In this document: positions 1-9,549 of the stretch, piece after piece | Layout: each line of letters opens with the position of its first letter | How positions within the stretch are numbered: position 1 is the stretch's first letter | DNA from: Nitrosopumilus sp. | GTDB lineage: Archaea; Thermoproteota; Nitrososphaeria; Nitrososphaerales; Nitrosopumilaceae | Direction of reading: 5' to 3' | Length of the DNA: 64,000 bases | NCBI GenBank assembly: GCA_965219345.1 | Contig: OZ244732.1 | Coordinates: 1,632,001-1,696,000 of the forward strand | Notes under the pieces: model-generated | Databases searched by the model: none | What the model saw: the letters and a program-made list of their open reading frames with translations, nothing else | What the model was told of the DNA's origin: nothing | Made by a program: the position numbers and the translations under genes

Positions 1-25
1 TAACTTGGCATCAATGGTGGTATAA
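1..25 (+). CDS. rpl14: 3' end of ribosomal protein uL14 (partial)
   Basis: Reads ...NLASMVV* directly upstream of uL24, the expected position in the spc cluster. Confidence 0.7.
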
Positions 26-29
26 TAAA

Positions 30-1001
30 ATGAAACCAACTAAAATGCGCAACAAAATGATTTATCGTGCAACATATCAGACAAAAAGCAAACAACTTGG
101 AAGTGCATTATCAAAAGAACTGCACAAAAAATATGGAAAGAGGAGTGTCCGTGTTGTTGAGGGAGATAGTATAACAATTGTTAGAGGAGAATTCAAAGGA
201 GTAGATGGTAAAATTTCAAAAATATCTACGCAAAAAAGTAGTGTTTCTGTTGAAGGAATAAAGAAAGAGAAAACAAAAGGGGATAAATTTGACGTTTACA
301 TTCATACATCAAATCTTGTAGTTACGTCACTCAGTACTGGGGATAAATGGAGGATGGCAAAGCTCGAGGGTAAAGATCCAAGAAAACAGCCTGAAGAGAC
401 ACCTAAAGAAAAACCAGCTAAGGAAGAGTCTGTTAAGGAAGCTCCTAAAGAAAAACCAGCTAAGGAAGAGTCTGTTAAGGAAGCTCCTAAAGAAAAACCA
501 GCTAAGGAAGAGTCTGTTAAGGAAGTTCCTAAAGAAAAACCAGCTAAGGAAGAGTCTGTTAAGGAAGTTCCTAAAGAAAAACCAGCTAAGGAAGAGTCTG
601 TTAAGGAAGTTCCTAAAGAAAAACCAGCTAAGGAAGAGTCTGTTAAGGAAGTTCCTAAAGAAAAACCAGCTAAGGAAGAGTCTGTTAAGGAAGCTCCTAA
701 AGAAAAACCAGCTAAGGAAGAGTCTGTTAAGGAAGTTCCTAAAGAAAAACCAGCTAAGGAAGAGTCTGTTAAGGAAGTTCCTAAAGAAAAACCAGCTAAG
801 GAAGAGTCTGTTAAGGAAGTTCCTAAAGAAAAACCAGCTAAGGAAGAGTCTGTTAAGGAAGCTCCTAAAGAAAAACCAGCTAAGGAAGAGTCTGTTAAGG
901 AAGCTCCTAAAGAAAAACCAGCTAAGGAAGAGTCTGTTAAGGAAGCTCCTAAAGATACAAAAAAGGCAAAGGAAATCGAAAAAAAGGAAGATGAGAAATA
1001 A
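30..1001 (+). CDS. rpl24: Ribosomal protein uL24 with long Lys/Glu/Pro repeat C-terminal extension
   Basis: N-terminal archaeal L24 motifs ([23 protein letters not shown] motif, IHTSNLVVT); position before eS4. Confidence 0.95.
   Translation: MKPTKMRNKMIYRATYQTKSKQLGSALSKELHKKYGKRSVRVVEGDSITIVRGEFKGVDGKISKISTQKSSVSVEGIKKEKTKGDKFDVYIHTSNLVVTSLSTGDKWRMAKLEGKDPRKQPEETPKEKPAKEESVKEAPKEKPAKEESVKEAPKEKPAKEESVKEVPKEKPAKEESVKEVPKEKPAKEESVKEVPKEKPAKEESVKEVPKEKPAKEESVKEAPKEKPAKEESVKEVPKEKPAKEESVKEVPKEKPAKEESVKEVPKEKPAKEESVKEAPKEKPAKEESVKEAPKEKPAKEESVKEAPKDTKKAKEIEKKEDEK
402..955 (+). repeat. Coding tandem repeat, 13 x 42 bp ([13 protein letters not shown][A/V])
   Basis: Unit CCTAAAGAAAAACCAGCTAAGGAAGAGTCTGTTAAGGAAG(C/T)T repeated 13 times, varying only at GCT/GTT. 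Confidence 0.97.
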
Positions 1002-1717
1002 TGGTAAGCATAGCAGGAAGTAAAAAACTTAAGCGTCAAATGGCTCCACAGTTCTGGGGAATTACTAGAAAAAGCAAGAGATTTGTGATTACAGTAAGAC
1101 CAGGCCCACACAAAAAGAGTCGTTCTGTGCCAACTGCAGTTTTTCTAAGAGATACATTAAAAATAGTTTCAAGTCTTAGAGAAGCAAAATCTGTAATATA
1201 TTCAGGTAAAGTAAAAATTGACGGAGTTGTAAGAAAATCACTTCATCATGCAATTGGATTAATGGATGTGGTAGAATTAGAAAATGTTTCAGATATTTAT
1301 CGTTTAGTTCCGTCAGAAAAAAGACTGTTAACACCAATTAAGATTAACGAATCAGAAAAATCAAAAAAACTTGTCAGGGTAATTAGTAAAACTACAATTA
1401 ACAAAGGAAAAATGCAGATAGGATTCCATGACGGACGTTCAACTATTTCAGATACAAAACTAAATGTAGGGGATACTTGCTTGGTACAAATTCCGGATCT
1501 AAAAATTCTTGAAGTAGTAAAATTAGAAGCAGGTTGCCAATGTATGGTAACACGTGGAGTTAACGCAGGACAAATAGGTAAGATTGAAACTATAGTAGAA
1601 GGTACATTTATTCTTCCAAAAAGAGCAGTTCTTCTTTTAGGGGATAGAAAAATCGAGATTCCAGCTGACATCGTAATGGCAATAGGAAAAGAGGAGCCAC
1701 TAATTCAACTAAAGTGA
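1001..1717 (+). CDS. rps4e: 30S ribosomal protein eS4 (S4e)
   Basis: KKLKRQMAPQFW, RPGPH, IGLMDVV motifs; operon context. Confidence 0.96.
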   Translation: MVSIAGSKKLKRQMAPQFWGITRKSKRFVITVRPGPHKKSRSVPTAVFLRDTLKIVSSLREAKSVIYSGKVKIDGVVRKSLHHAIGLMDVVELENVSDIYRLVPSEKRLLTPIKINESEKSKKLVRVISKTTINKGKMQIGFHDGRSTISDTKLNVGDTCLVQIPDLKILEVVKLEAGCQCMVTRGVNAGQIGKIETIVEGTFILPKRAVLLLGDRKIEIPADIVMAIGKEEPLIQLK

Positions 1718-1721
1718 TCAT

Positions 1722-2243
1722 ATGTCCCAAACAACAGAATCTCCAATGAAAACAATCTCTTTAGGTAAAGTAGTTCTCAACATGGGTGTAGGTAAATCGG
1801 GGGATGCAATCGAAATTGCAAAAAAAGCACTTGATCAAATTTCAGGGAAAAAATCATGTTCACATAATGCAAAAGAGACACAAAGGGATTGGGGAATTAG
1901 AAAAGGTGAGCCAATAGGCGTATCAGTAACAGTTCGCGGTGAAGACGCCATAGCATTACTAAAAAGATTATTGGAATCTAAAGGTAATACCGTTAAAGGT
2001 AAATCATTTGATAATTTTGGAAACTATTCATTTGGAATTAATGAACACATAGACATTCCAGGTGTTAAATATGAACCACAAATTGGAATTTTGGGTCTTG
2101 GAATTGCAATCACATTAACTAGACCCGGTTATGGAATAAGAAAAAGAAGTAAACACAAAGCAAGTCTTGGAAAATCTCATATTATTACAAGTCAAGAAGC
2201 AAAAGATTATCTAGTAAAAGAGTTTGGAGTGACGATAGAATAA
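1722..2243 (+). CDS. rpl5: 50S ribosomal protein uL5
   Basis: KVVLNMGVG, WGIRKGEPIGVSVTVRG, FDNFGNYSFGI motifs. Confidence 0.96.
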   Translation: MSQTTESPMKTISLGKVVLNMGVGKSGDAIEIAKKALDQISGKKSCSHNAKETQRDWGIRKGEPIGVSVTVRGEDAIALLKRLLESKGNTVKGKSFDNFGNYSFGINEHIDIPGVKYEPQIGILGLGIAITLTRPGYGIRKRSKHKASLGKSHIITSQEAKDYLVKEFGVTIE

Positions 2244-2422
2244 TGCCAAAAGATAGATCATACGAATTTACCGGAAGAAAAAAACATGACTTTGGTAGAG
2301 GTTCAAGATGGTGTAAAAGATGTGGGGATTATACAGCAGTCATACAGAAATACGATTTAATGTTATGCAGACGATGTTTCAGAGAAGTAGCAGTTTCTTT
2401 AGGATTTAGGAAAAATAAGTGA
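2243..2422 (+). CDS. rps14: 30S ribosomal protein uS14 (Zn-binding; absent from ORF track)
   Basis: Manual translation MPKDRSYEFTGRKKHDFGRGSRWCKRCGDYTAVIQKYDLMLCRRCFREVAVSLGFRKNK*; CxxC...CxxC between uL5 and uS8. Confidence 0.95.
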   Translation: MPKDRSYEFTGRKKHDFGRGSRWCKRCGDYTAVIQKYDLMLCRRCFREVAVSLGFRKNK

Positions 2423-2426
2423 TATC

Positions 2427-2819
2427 ATGCCAGCAACTAACATTTTAGCAAATCTATTTGTTACATTATACAATAATGAAACAAGAAGAAGAAATGAATG
2501 TACAATTCTCCCAACTTCAAAAATAGGAGTTGAGGTTCTAAAGACCCTTCAAAAGGGCGGATATGTTGGAAAATTTGAACATATTGATGACAAAAGAGGC
2601 GGAAAATTCAAAATCAATCTATTGGCAAAAATAACAAAGTGTGGAGCAATTTCCCCAAGATTCAAAGTGAAAAATGATGAATTTAACAGCTGGGAACAAC
2701 AGTATTTGCCTGCATACAATAGAGGAATGCTTCTAGTTACAACAAATCAAGGAGTAATGTCTCATCATGAAGCAGTAGAGAAAGGAATTGGGGGATTTTT
2801 GATAGGATATGTCTACTGA
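2427..2819 (+). CDS. rps8: 30S ribosomal protein uS8
   Basis: CGAISPRF, LVTTNQGVMSHHEA...GIGG motifs. Confidence 0.96.
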   Translation: MPATNILANLFVTLYNNETRRRNECTILPTSKIGVEVLKTLQKGGYVGKFEHIDDKRGGKFKINLLAKITKCGAISPRFKVKNDEFNSWEQQYLPAYNRGMLLVTTNQGVMSHHEAVEKGIGGFLIGYVY

Positions 2820-3366
2820 GCAACTTGAAAAATTTCAAGACGAAGTAATTATTCCAGAAGGGGTTAAAGTTACACAAAATAAACACATGATAGCATTCGA
2901 AGGTCCATTAGGTAAAACCTTCAAAAGTTTTCGCAAAATTCCAATTAATATAGAGATTAAAGAAGGCAAAATGATCTTAAAGACAAAAAGTTTTAGAAAA
3001 AGGGATTATTCAATTTTACATGCTTCAAGATCAGTTATCAGAAATATTTGTGAAGGTCTAATAGATGGATATACAATTAAAATGAAAATTGTCTTTGCAC
3101 ACTTTCCAATTACGGTAAAAGTAGAAGGAAAGAAAATTTTAATTGAAAACTTTCAAGGAGAACGTGCACCAAGAATTACAAAAATTGTTGGGAACACCAA
3201 AGTAATTCCAAAAGGTGAAGATGTAATTCTTACTGGTGAAGTTTGGACAGACATTACTCAAACTGCAGCAAATATTGAGCTAAAAACTAAAGTAAAAAAT
3301 AAAGACCATAGGGTTTTCCTTGATGGTGTCTATGTCTATGATAAGAAAAAAGGCATAGAAAAATAA
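2809..3366 (+). CDS. rpl6: 50S ribosomal protein uL6
   Basis: IPEGV, GPLG, FAHFPI, ENFQGE, KDHRVFLDGVY motifs. Confidence 0.96.
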   Translation: MSTEQLEKFQDEVIIPEGVKVTQNKHMIAFEGPLGKTFKSFRKIPINIEIKEGKMILKTKSFRKRDYSILHASRSVIRNICEGLIDGYTIKMKIVFAHFPITVKVEGKKILIENFQGERAPRITKIVGNTKVIPKGEDVILTGEVWTDITQTAANIELKTKVKNKDHRVFLDGVYVYDKKKGIEK

Positions 3367-3383
3367 AATTTCTAGTTTTTCTT

Positions 3384-3671
3384 ATGACCCTAGATCCTGA
3401 ATTTACAGAACAAACAACAGACTTGATTGAACAGACACTAGAATTATACAAATCATCAGGGGCCTCGCCTAGAGTTGGAGAAATATGGGACTGTGCAAAC
3501 ATTGGCGACTTTTTATGTGGGTTTTTTGTTGGGGAGATGGTCGGTTCGGCACTTGGTGCATTTCAGATTGTTCATAAAAGGGAACCTACACCTGAGGAGC
3601 ATTCAGAAATTATTGAGCTAGTAGAAAGTCATTCAAAAGAAATCAGAGAATTTTTTGCCAAATTCAATTGA
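3384..3671 (+). CDS. Conserved hypothetical protein
   Basis: Clean 95-aa ORF with host-like composition. Confidence 0.75.
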   Translation: MTLDPEFTEQTTDLIEQTLELYKSSGASPRVGEIWDCANIGDFLCGFFVGEMVGSALGAFQIVHKREPTPEEHSEIIELVESHSKEIREFFAKFN

Positions 3672-3744
3672 ACAGTTCCTGGACTTTGGTCTATTTTGCA
3701 TAGTAGCAAGGATTAAATCACTTTTACCAAAGTACAAGCATGTT

Positions 3745-3818
3745 GCCGCCCTAGCTCAGCGTGGTAGAGCATCCGACTGTTAATCGGACGGTCGTCAGTT
3801 CAAGTCTGATGGGCGGCG
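3745..3818 (+). tRNA. tRNA-Asn (GTT), intronless, CCA not encoded
   Basis: Acceptor stem GCCGCCC/GGGCGGC, D-arm AGCTCAGCGTGGTAGAGC, anticodon arm TCCGA-CTGTTAA-TCGGA, T-loop GTTCAAG. Confidence 0.96.
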
Positions 3819-4353
3819 CTCCTATACACACACCAAAAGATGCTCTCTTTGAAACAGCCATGACAAGCATGCAGAATTCATGCTATCTGGCCCATAAGAA
3901 CTGATTTGCGCAGAAGACTGGTACTGTTAACTTTTGAGGATCCGAGATGCCAAATTGAGCGTGTCATCTGGCAAAAGACTCTCTGTTGTTAACAGTACTG
4001 TTAATGTTAGTACGGATAAATACAATAGATGGACCAAGTAAAAACGATTGGCAGTGAAAGCCATAACGCTCTCATCTGCCATAGGAAATGACGAGGTTGC
4101 ATCCAACAATCTGAGCCAATCATTTTTTCCTACTTGGTTCACCTATCTTAATTTTCAAGAGGTTTTACGCATGAATCCAAGAACACGGCGAGTCAAACAG
4201 ATGATAAAATCAACAGGATATGCCTTACTAAGCAAGGATTCTCAATAACCACAAAACTTCAATTCGGAGAAAATTCATGTTTTGGGTCTTGAAGATCATA
4301 CAGAACCAAATGATGGCCAAAATAAGAAAAAGAAGTTTTCTGATGGTTTAAGA

Positions 4354-5217
4354 ATGGTACAGTCAGAGTCAATACAGTTGAGAACCCGTAACTTGTCAGA
4401 TACGTCGGCTCTGGTACTGCTCCTAGCTGACGGGGCAGTCCATACAAGCAGACATTCCAAAAAATATCTGGGCATGCTAAATCTTGATTCAGGCAAGACG
4501 CTTTACTCTGAGTGTGGCAGGATATGGCCGCACTACGGCGAGGTGATAAAGAACAGGAAGAGATGCATCATGGATCTAGTTCTTCACCACGTCACAAAAG
4601 AGAGGATCACGCAGCTGGCAGTCTTGGGCAGCGGCATGGATGCCCTGTCCCTGGAGACAGTATCACGTGCCAAGGACGTTGATGCCTATGATGTTGATTA
4701 TTCGCATATGGAGCTCAAAGAAAGGCTCATCAGAAAGGCATACGGCACAAGCCCAATCAGGTGTGTTCTCTCTGATCTGAATGATGCAAAAAAGGTTCTT
4801 GACGGCATGAGAAAAAACGGATGGGACAACAGCAGGCCGTCGGTTTTGGTGCTTGAGGGGATATCATATTATTTGAGCAGAAAAAAATTGTGGGATCTTG
4901 TTGCCACATTCAAGACAGCAGACAGGAGAAACGTGCTGATACTGGAGTACATGGTACCGCAAGAGGGGATTGCCAGAAAAAGACAACAGATACCGGAGCA
5001 AGTTTTTGGAGCAATTCAGAAGAAGAGTGACGACTCAAAGACACACCATACCGTAAGATATGGTGCAGATGACATTAGGATGTGCATTGAGAAGATTGGG
5101 GGATGTCTCATCCTGAGATACCGCATGAAGAACATGGAGAAGAACAGGACGGGGCACAACGTGCACTTTAAGACATACAAGAGCGGGTGGATTGAGGTGT
5201 GCCAGGCAGTTATCTGA
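4354..5217 (+). CDS. Class I SAM-dependent methyltransferase (leucine carboxyl methyltransferase-like)
   Basis: QLAVLGSGMD (motif I), YDVD, SDL, VLVLEGISYYL; ATG at 4354 preferred over TTG at 4282. Confidence 0.8.
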   Translation: MVQSESIQLRTRNLSDTSALVLLLADGAVHTSRHSKKYLGMLNLDSGKTLYSECGRIWPHYGEVIKNRKRCIMDLVLHHVTKERITQLAVLGSGMDALSLETVSRAKDVDAYDVDYSHMELKERLIRKAYGTSPIRCVLSDLNDAKKVLDGMRKNGWDNSRPSVLVLEGISYYLSRKKLWDLVATFKTADRRNVLILEYMVPQEGIARKRQQIPEQVFGAIQKKSDDSKTHHTVRYGADDIRMCIEKIGGCLILRYRMKNMEKNRTGHNVHFKTYKSGWIEVCQAVI

Positions 5218-5560
5218 GCATTGGAGCTTCAAGGCCTTGCAAAAAACGTCATTCTCAGATGATGATATGACATCAGAAACCTGCTGTTAAATTTTGATGA
5301 TCAGAATAACTGGTATTTATCACATCTTGTCTTGTGCCATCAAAAGGGCTCTGGTCAATTTAGGTGATCAGATCACCGATAGTGGCCAGGGCCGCCAGAA
5401 CATCCCCGTATCGTTGCCATTATTACTAATATGAAAAAACACAAAGAACCGTTCACAGATCCTCAAAAAAATTGATCGTGTGACACAGTTTGGTTTACTC
5501 TATTAGACAACATAGATCTAATAGTTGATCGCATATTGAGAATAATGCAGGAGGTTTACA

Positions 5561-5830
5561 TTGGTCAGAACTAGACGTGCCAACAGGTATTGTGTCGACT
5601 GTGGTGCCAGACTTGTGTATTATCCCAGGCTTTCAAACCCCAAGGCGCCAAACGAGCACAGGATACTAGTTTATGCATGTCCTGACTGTACAGATGACTT
5701 TGAGAAACCAAAGATGTTCTCAATCCGGCGCAACCAAGTAGAGGCGCCACTAGAGACAGTCGAAATTGAGATCACGCAGACGCAGAAAAAAAACGCGACA
5801 ACAAGTAGGGGAGAACAGAGGACGGGATGA
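5561..5830 (+). CDS. Zn-ribbon protein
   Basis: CVDCG...YACPDC. Confidence 0.7.
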   Translation: MVRTRRANRYCVDCGARLVYYPRLSNPKAPNEHRILVYACPDCTDDFEKPKMFSIRRNQVEAPLETVEIEITQTQKKNATTSRGEQRTG

Positions 5831-6051
5831 GTTACACTAAAAAAAGAAGCAACGCGTGGTTTTTGCTGCCAATCCTCTTGGGAATTGTCGGCGGCATCAT
5901 TGCATTTTTTGTCTTGCGACAAGATGATCCTGCAAAGGCAAAAAACTGCCTGTACCTAGGAATTGTGTTGATGGTAGTGGGCATAGTCTTGAACGTCACC
6001 CTTGCTGCATTTTTCCCCGAGTTGGGTGCAGACTTTGATGTGAACATCTAG
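5827..6051 (+). CDS. Small two-TM membrane protein
   Basis: Two hydrophobic segments (WFLLPILLGIVGGIIAFFVL, CLYLGIVLMVVGIVL); ATGA overlap with upstream ORF. Confidence 0.8.
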   Translation: MSYTKKRSNAWFLLPILLGIVGGIIAFFVLRQDDPAKAKNCLYLGIVLMVVGIVLNVTLAAFFPELGADFDVNI

Positions 6052-6181
6052 AGAGGGTACATGTCGTTTCAGACAGCATCTGCAGGTCAGCAAATTTTGC
6101 AATGCAAGATTATCCCGGCACGCGACTGCACTAAATTCATGCCTCCAAACACAAATAAAAGACAAAAAAGAGATTCTCCAG

Positions 6182-6646
6182 ATGGCAAAGAAGACACTTT
6201 ACCTTGCAAACCCGTACGGATTCTCTGAGCAACAAAAAGCCGGACCGCTGCAAGACCTTGTAAGGACGCTAAATGATCTGGGAGCCGAGGTGTGGGAGCC
6301 GTTTGAGCGAAACAATCAGGACAGTATGCTGGCAGCTGGCAGTCCCTACAAGATCGGCCGTGCTGACATGCAAGATGTCAGGGATGCAGACGGCATCTTT
6401 GCAGTCGTTAATGGGACGCCGCCAGATGAAGGCGTAATGATCGAGCTTGGCATGGCTATTGCATGGGGCAAGGAGGTCTTTTTGTTCCGTGATGACTTTC
6501 GGAGATGCACTGACAGCAGTATGTATACGCTCAACCTGATGCTGTTTACCGGCCTGCCAGAAAACGGCTGGCAAGACTGGTACTATACCAGCATGGCCGA
6601 GCTTGCAGACCCAGACAAGGCCCTGGTAAAGTGGCTAAACAAATAA
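6182..6646 (+). CDS. Nucleoside 2-deoxyribosyltransferase family protein
   Basis: LYLANPYGFS, ADGIFAVVNG, PDEGVMIELGMAIAWGK, NLML motifs typical of NDT/RCL family. Confidence 0.88.
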   Translation: MAKKTLYLANPYGFSEQQKAGPLQDLVRTLNDLGAEVWEPFERNNQDSMLAAGSPYKIGRADMQDVRDADGIFAVVNGTPPDEGVMIELGMAIAWGKEVFLFRDDFRRCTDSSMYTLNLMLFTGLPENGWQDWYYTSMAELADPDKALVKWLNK

Positions 6647-6733
6647 CCTGTTACTGTAAGATCATCATCATCTAATTTCAAAATTATTTTTTCTAAGGTA
6701 AAGTGGCTAAACAAATAACCTGTTGCTGTAAGA
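6625..6733. repeat. 37-bp direct repeat (1 mismatch) flanking a 35-bp unique insert; period 72 bp
   Basis: GGTAAAGTGGCTAAACAAATAACCTGTT(A/G)CTGTAAGA at 6625-6661 and 6697-6733. Confidence 0.93.
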
Positions 6734-6885
6734 CAGCGATGTGCGGATCTGCTTACTCTTCAAATCTGACAGCGCGTGGAGCTGTTGTAGTCAGGTAAAT
6801 TTACATACAGGAATGCGATATGCCATCTCTTATGCATTGAAGGTGAAAACAAGTGGAAGGCAATCATTGAGAACGCAAGTAAGGA

Positions 6886-7224
6886 TTAATCTTTTTTCTT
6901 AAGAGATTTGAATTTTTCATTTATCTCTTCAGGAGATAGAATTGTTCCAAATAGTTTTTCATATTTTGCTAATTCTTGCTGTAGAATTATAGCCCATGAT
7001 TTTAAGTTGACAGGTGTTAGATTTATCACACATTCAATTTCTCTATTGATTGTTGTTTTAGATGCCTTGATTTGATTTCCGTTTAATGCTTCTCTATAAT
7101 CTGGAATATCATGTAATACAGTTAGTTTGACTCCGTCATAGGTTAAATTGGAAATCTGTCCAGATACATGAACTTCTTTGTATGTGTTTGATTGTGTTAC
7201 TTGTACATCTGGTGCTTCGGACAT
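6886..7224 (-). CDS. DUF3467-like protein (likely start 7224; ORF open to 7353)
   Basis: MSEAPDVQV...INLTPVNLKSWAIILQQELAKYEKLFGTI; C-terminal YExxFGxI signature recalled for DUF3467. Confidence 0.6.
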   Translation of the reverse strand: MSEAPDVQVTQSNTYKEVHVSGQISNLTYDGVKLTVLHDIPDYREALNGNQIKASKTTINREIECVINLTPVNLKSWAIILQQELAKYEKLFGTILSPEEINEKFKSLKKKD

Positions 7225-7571
7225 GATTTTATCATTCTCATAAATAAAATTATTTAAACTGATCCCAATTTTTGGGCTTATTATCAATTCTGAGAGCAAT
7301 TTTATGGTCTCGATTCCAGAGACAGATTTAGTCATTTTTTCCTCCACCGACACGCAACACCAATTTAATCAATCATTTTCACCTATAACGCAATGGACCT
7401 CGAATTTTATAGGAGTTTTTTTACGCCCAAGATAATGAGCAGGTAACCTCACACAAATATGATTCCGGTTATTTGTCAAAGTATTATGTCCCAGGTTGAA
7501 TGTATAACATTCCGGACAGTACGTGGATTCTCCCAATTGGAATAATCTTGATCTAGTTTATTTGCATCTCA

Positions 7572-9257
7572 TTGACACAAACATCAATGAGCGAGCCAAA
7601 GTCAGATACTCTGGATCTCATACCGGTAAGAATGCTTACACAGTATGCATACTGCAAGCGCCTGGCATACATGGAATGGGTGCAAGGCGAGTTTGAGTAT
7701 AATGCAGACGTAGTAGACGGCAAGTATCAGCACAGAAATGTAGACAAGCCGTCTGGAACAAAACAGACTGATCAGGACACAGATGAAAAGATTCATGCAA
7801 GATCAGTCACCATGTCAGATGCAAAACTCGGACTCGTATCTAAGATGGATCTGCTTGAGATGGAGGGAAATACCGCAACTCCGATAGAATACAAGCGTGG
7901 AAGCACTCCCAAGAATCCTAACAGGACGTATGAGGATCATGTCGTGCAGGTGTGTGCACAGGGACTGTTGCTTCGCGCAAACGGATACACATGCACCAGA
8001 GGCATTGTCTACTACATATCATCAAAGCAGAGAATAGAAGTCAATCTAGATGATGAGACGGTAAAAAAGACAAAACAGATGATCATGGAGATGAGGGAGA
8101 TGGCAAGTACTGACATGATGCCGCCTCCTCTTGTAGACAGTCCAAAGTGTCCGCGATGTTCTCTTGTCGGCATATGTCTGCCAGACGAAACAAACATGCT
8201 ATCCAAAAACGTGAGCCATATGAATAAGGATCAGATCCGCAGGATGTACCCAATGCGAAACGATGCCATCCCGATGTACGTGCAGGAGCAGGGGGCATAT
8301 GTAACAAAATCCGGAGAATGCATCCACGTAAAGACAAGAGAGGGATCTGTAAAAAAAGTCAGGCTAATTGACATCTCAGAGATCACAGTGTTTGGAAACG
8401 TACAGATAACAACCCCTGCAATACGGGAACTGTGCAACAGAAACATTCCCATCTGCTACATGACATACGGAGGATGGTTTACCGGCATGATTTCAGGACT
8501 GTCCCACAAGAATGTGGAGCTTCGCATAGGCCAGCACAGAATATACGAAAAGAAGAATGCATCTATGGCAATAGCTCGCGAGATTGTGTTTGCAAAGATA
8601 AAAAATTGTGTAACAATGCTGCGCAGAAACCACAAATCTCCCCCAAAAGACAAGATAGACGAGCTGGACGGATTTGCAGAGCGAGCACGTACTGTCAGGC
8701 AGTATGAGACACTTCTGGGAATAGAAGGAATGGCAGCTCGCATATATTTTTCAGAGTTTAACGGTATGGTAAAATCGGAGTCGATGTATTTCGAGTTTGT
8801 AGGCAGAAACAGGAGGCCTCCAAAGGATCCAGTCAATGCAATTCTGTCTTTTTTGTATGCGATGCTGACAAGGCAGGCGGTGACTACTGTGAGCATGGTT
8901 GGCCTTGATCCATATCTGGGGTATCTTCACAGGCCAAAGTATGGCAAACCTGCACTTGCGCTTGATCTGATTGAAGAATTTCGGCCAATTGTGGCAGATT
9001 CTGTCTGCATCACGCTTATCAATAACGGAGAGATAACCCCATCAGACGTGATAAAGACACGCTTTGGTGTGAATCTCACAAGTAATGGAAGGCGTAATGT
9101 GATAACTGCATATGAAAGGCGGATGGACACTACCATAACACATCCGATTTTGGGTTATGCTGCAAGTTATAGGAGGGTTATGGAGACGCAGGCAAGATTA
9201 CTCTCCAGACACATCCTAGCGGAGATCCCGGCATATCCTGCATTTAGGACAAGGTGA
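7572..9257 (+). CDS. cas1: CRISPR-associated Cas4-Cas1 fusion (type I-G); ATG at 7587 is an alternative start
   Basis: N-terminal Cas4 (YCKR, DLLE...PIEYKRG, QVCAQ, KCPRCSLVGIC Fe-S cysteines); C-terminal Cas1 (LLGIEGMAARIYF, RNRRPPKDPVNAILSFLY, GYLH, LALDLIEEFRP). Confidence 0.97.
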   Translation: MTQTSMSEPKSDTLDLIPVRMLTQYAYCKRLAYMEWVQGEFEYNADVVDGKYQHRNVDKPSGTKQTDQDTDEKIHARSVTMSDAKLGLVSKMDLLEMEGNTATPIEYKRGSTPKNPNRTYEDHVVQVCAQGLLLRANGYTCTRGIVYYISSKQRIEVNLDDETVKKTKQMIMEMREMASTDMMPPPLVDSPKCPRCSLVGICLPDETNMLSKNVSHMNKDQIRRMYPMRNDAIPMYVQEQGAYVTKSGECIHVKTREGSVKKVRLIDISEITVFGNVQITTPAIRELCNRNIPICYMTYGGWFTGMISGLSHKNVELRIGQHRIYEKKNASMAIAREIVFAKIKNCVTMLRRNHKSPPKDKIDELDGFAERARTVRQYETLLGIEGMAARIYFSEFNGMVKSESMYFEFVGRNRRPPKDPVNAILSFLYAMLTRQAVTTVSMVGLDPYLGYLHRPKYGKPALALDLIEEFRPIVADSVCITLINNGEITPSDVIKTRFGVNLTSNGRRNVITAYERRMDTTITHPILGYAASYRRVMETQARLLSRHILAEIPAYPAFRTR

Positions 9258-9261
9258 GAGG

Positions 9262-9549
9262 TTGCGCAACAGATACTTTGTGTGTTACGATGTTTCAGAT
9301 CCGCAGCGGCTTGCGCAGACATACAAGAAGATGAAAGGATACGGAGAAGCAGTACAGTATTCCGTGTTTGCCTGCGATCTAAATGACAAGGAGATCATAA
9401 TTATGAAGGAGGATCTGGGGAACATATTAAACCTAGAAGAGGACAGAATTTTGATGATCAACATCGGATCGGTGGACAAAAGCAAGGATCGTGTGTCCAC
9501 TATGGGCATGTCGCTTGAAACACAAAAGGAGGCATCCATAGTGATATGA
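9262..9549 (+). CDS. cas2: CRISPR-associated Cas2
   Basis: YFVCYDVSD...R...KKMKGYGEAVQYSVF; follows cas1. Confidence 0.96.
   Translation: MRNRYFVCYDVSDPQRLAQTYKKMKGYGEAVQYSVFACDLNDKEIIIMKEDLGNILNLEEDRILMINIGSVDKSKDRVSTMGMSLETQKEASIVI

Noticed and set aside
302-1111. 269-aa minus-strand repetitive ORF
   Set aside because: Antisense shadow of the uL24 repeat
3790-3820. att duplication of the tRNA-Asn 3' end at the far side of the island
   Set aside because: No second copy found by eye and no integrase in the window
3927-4280. Short ORFs on both strands after the tRNA
   Set aside because: No coherent protein; at most an unidentifiable gene remnant
7376-7413. CCTATAA/TTATAGG hairpin upstream of cas1 resembling a solitary repeat
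   Set aside because: Similarity to the repeat needs several gaps; only about 6 contiguous identical bases
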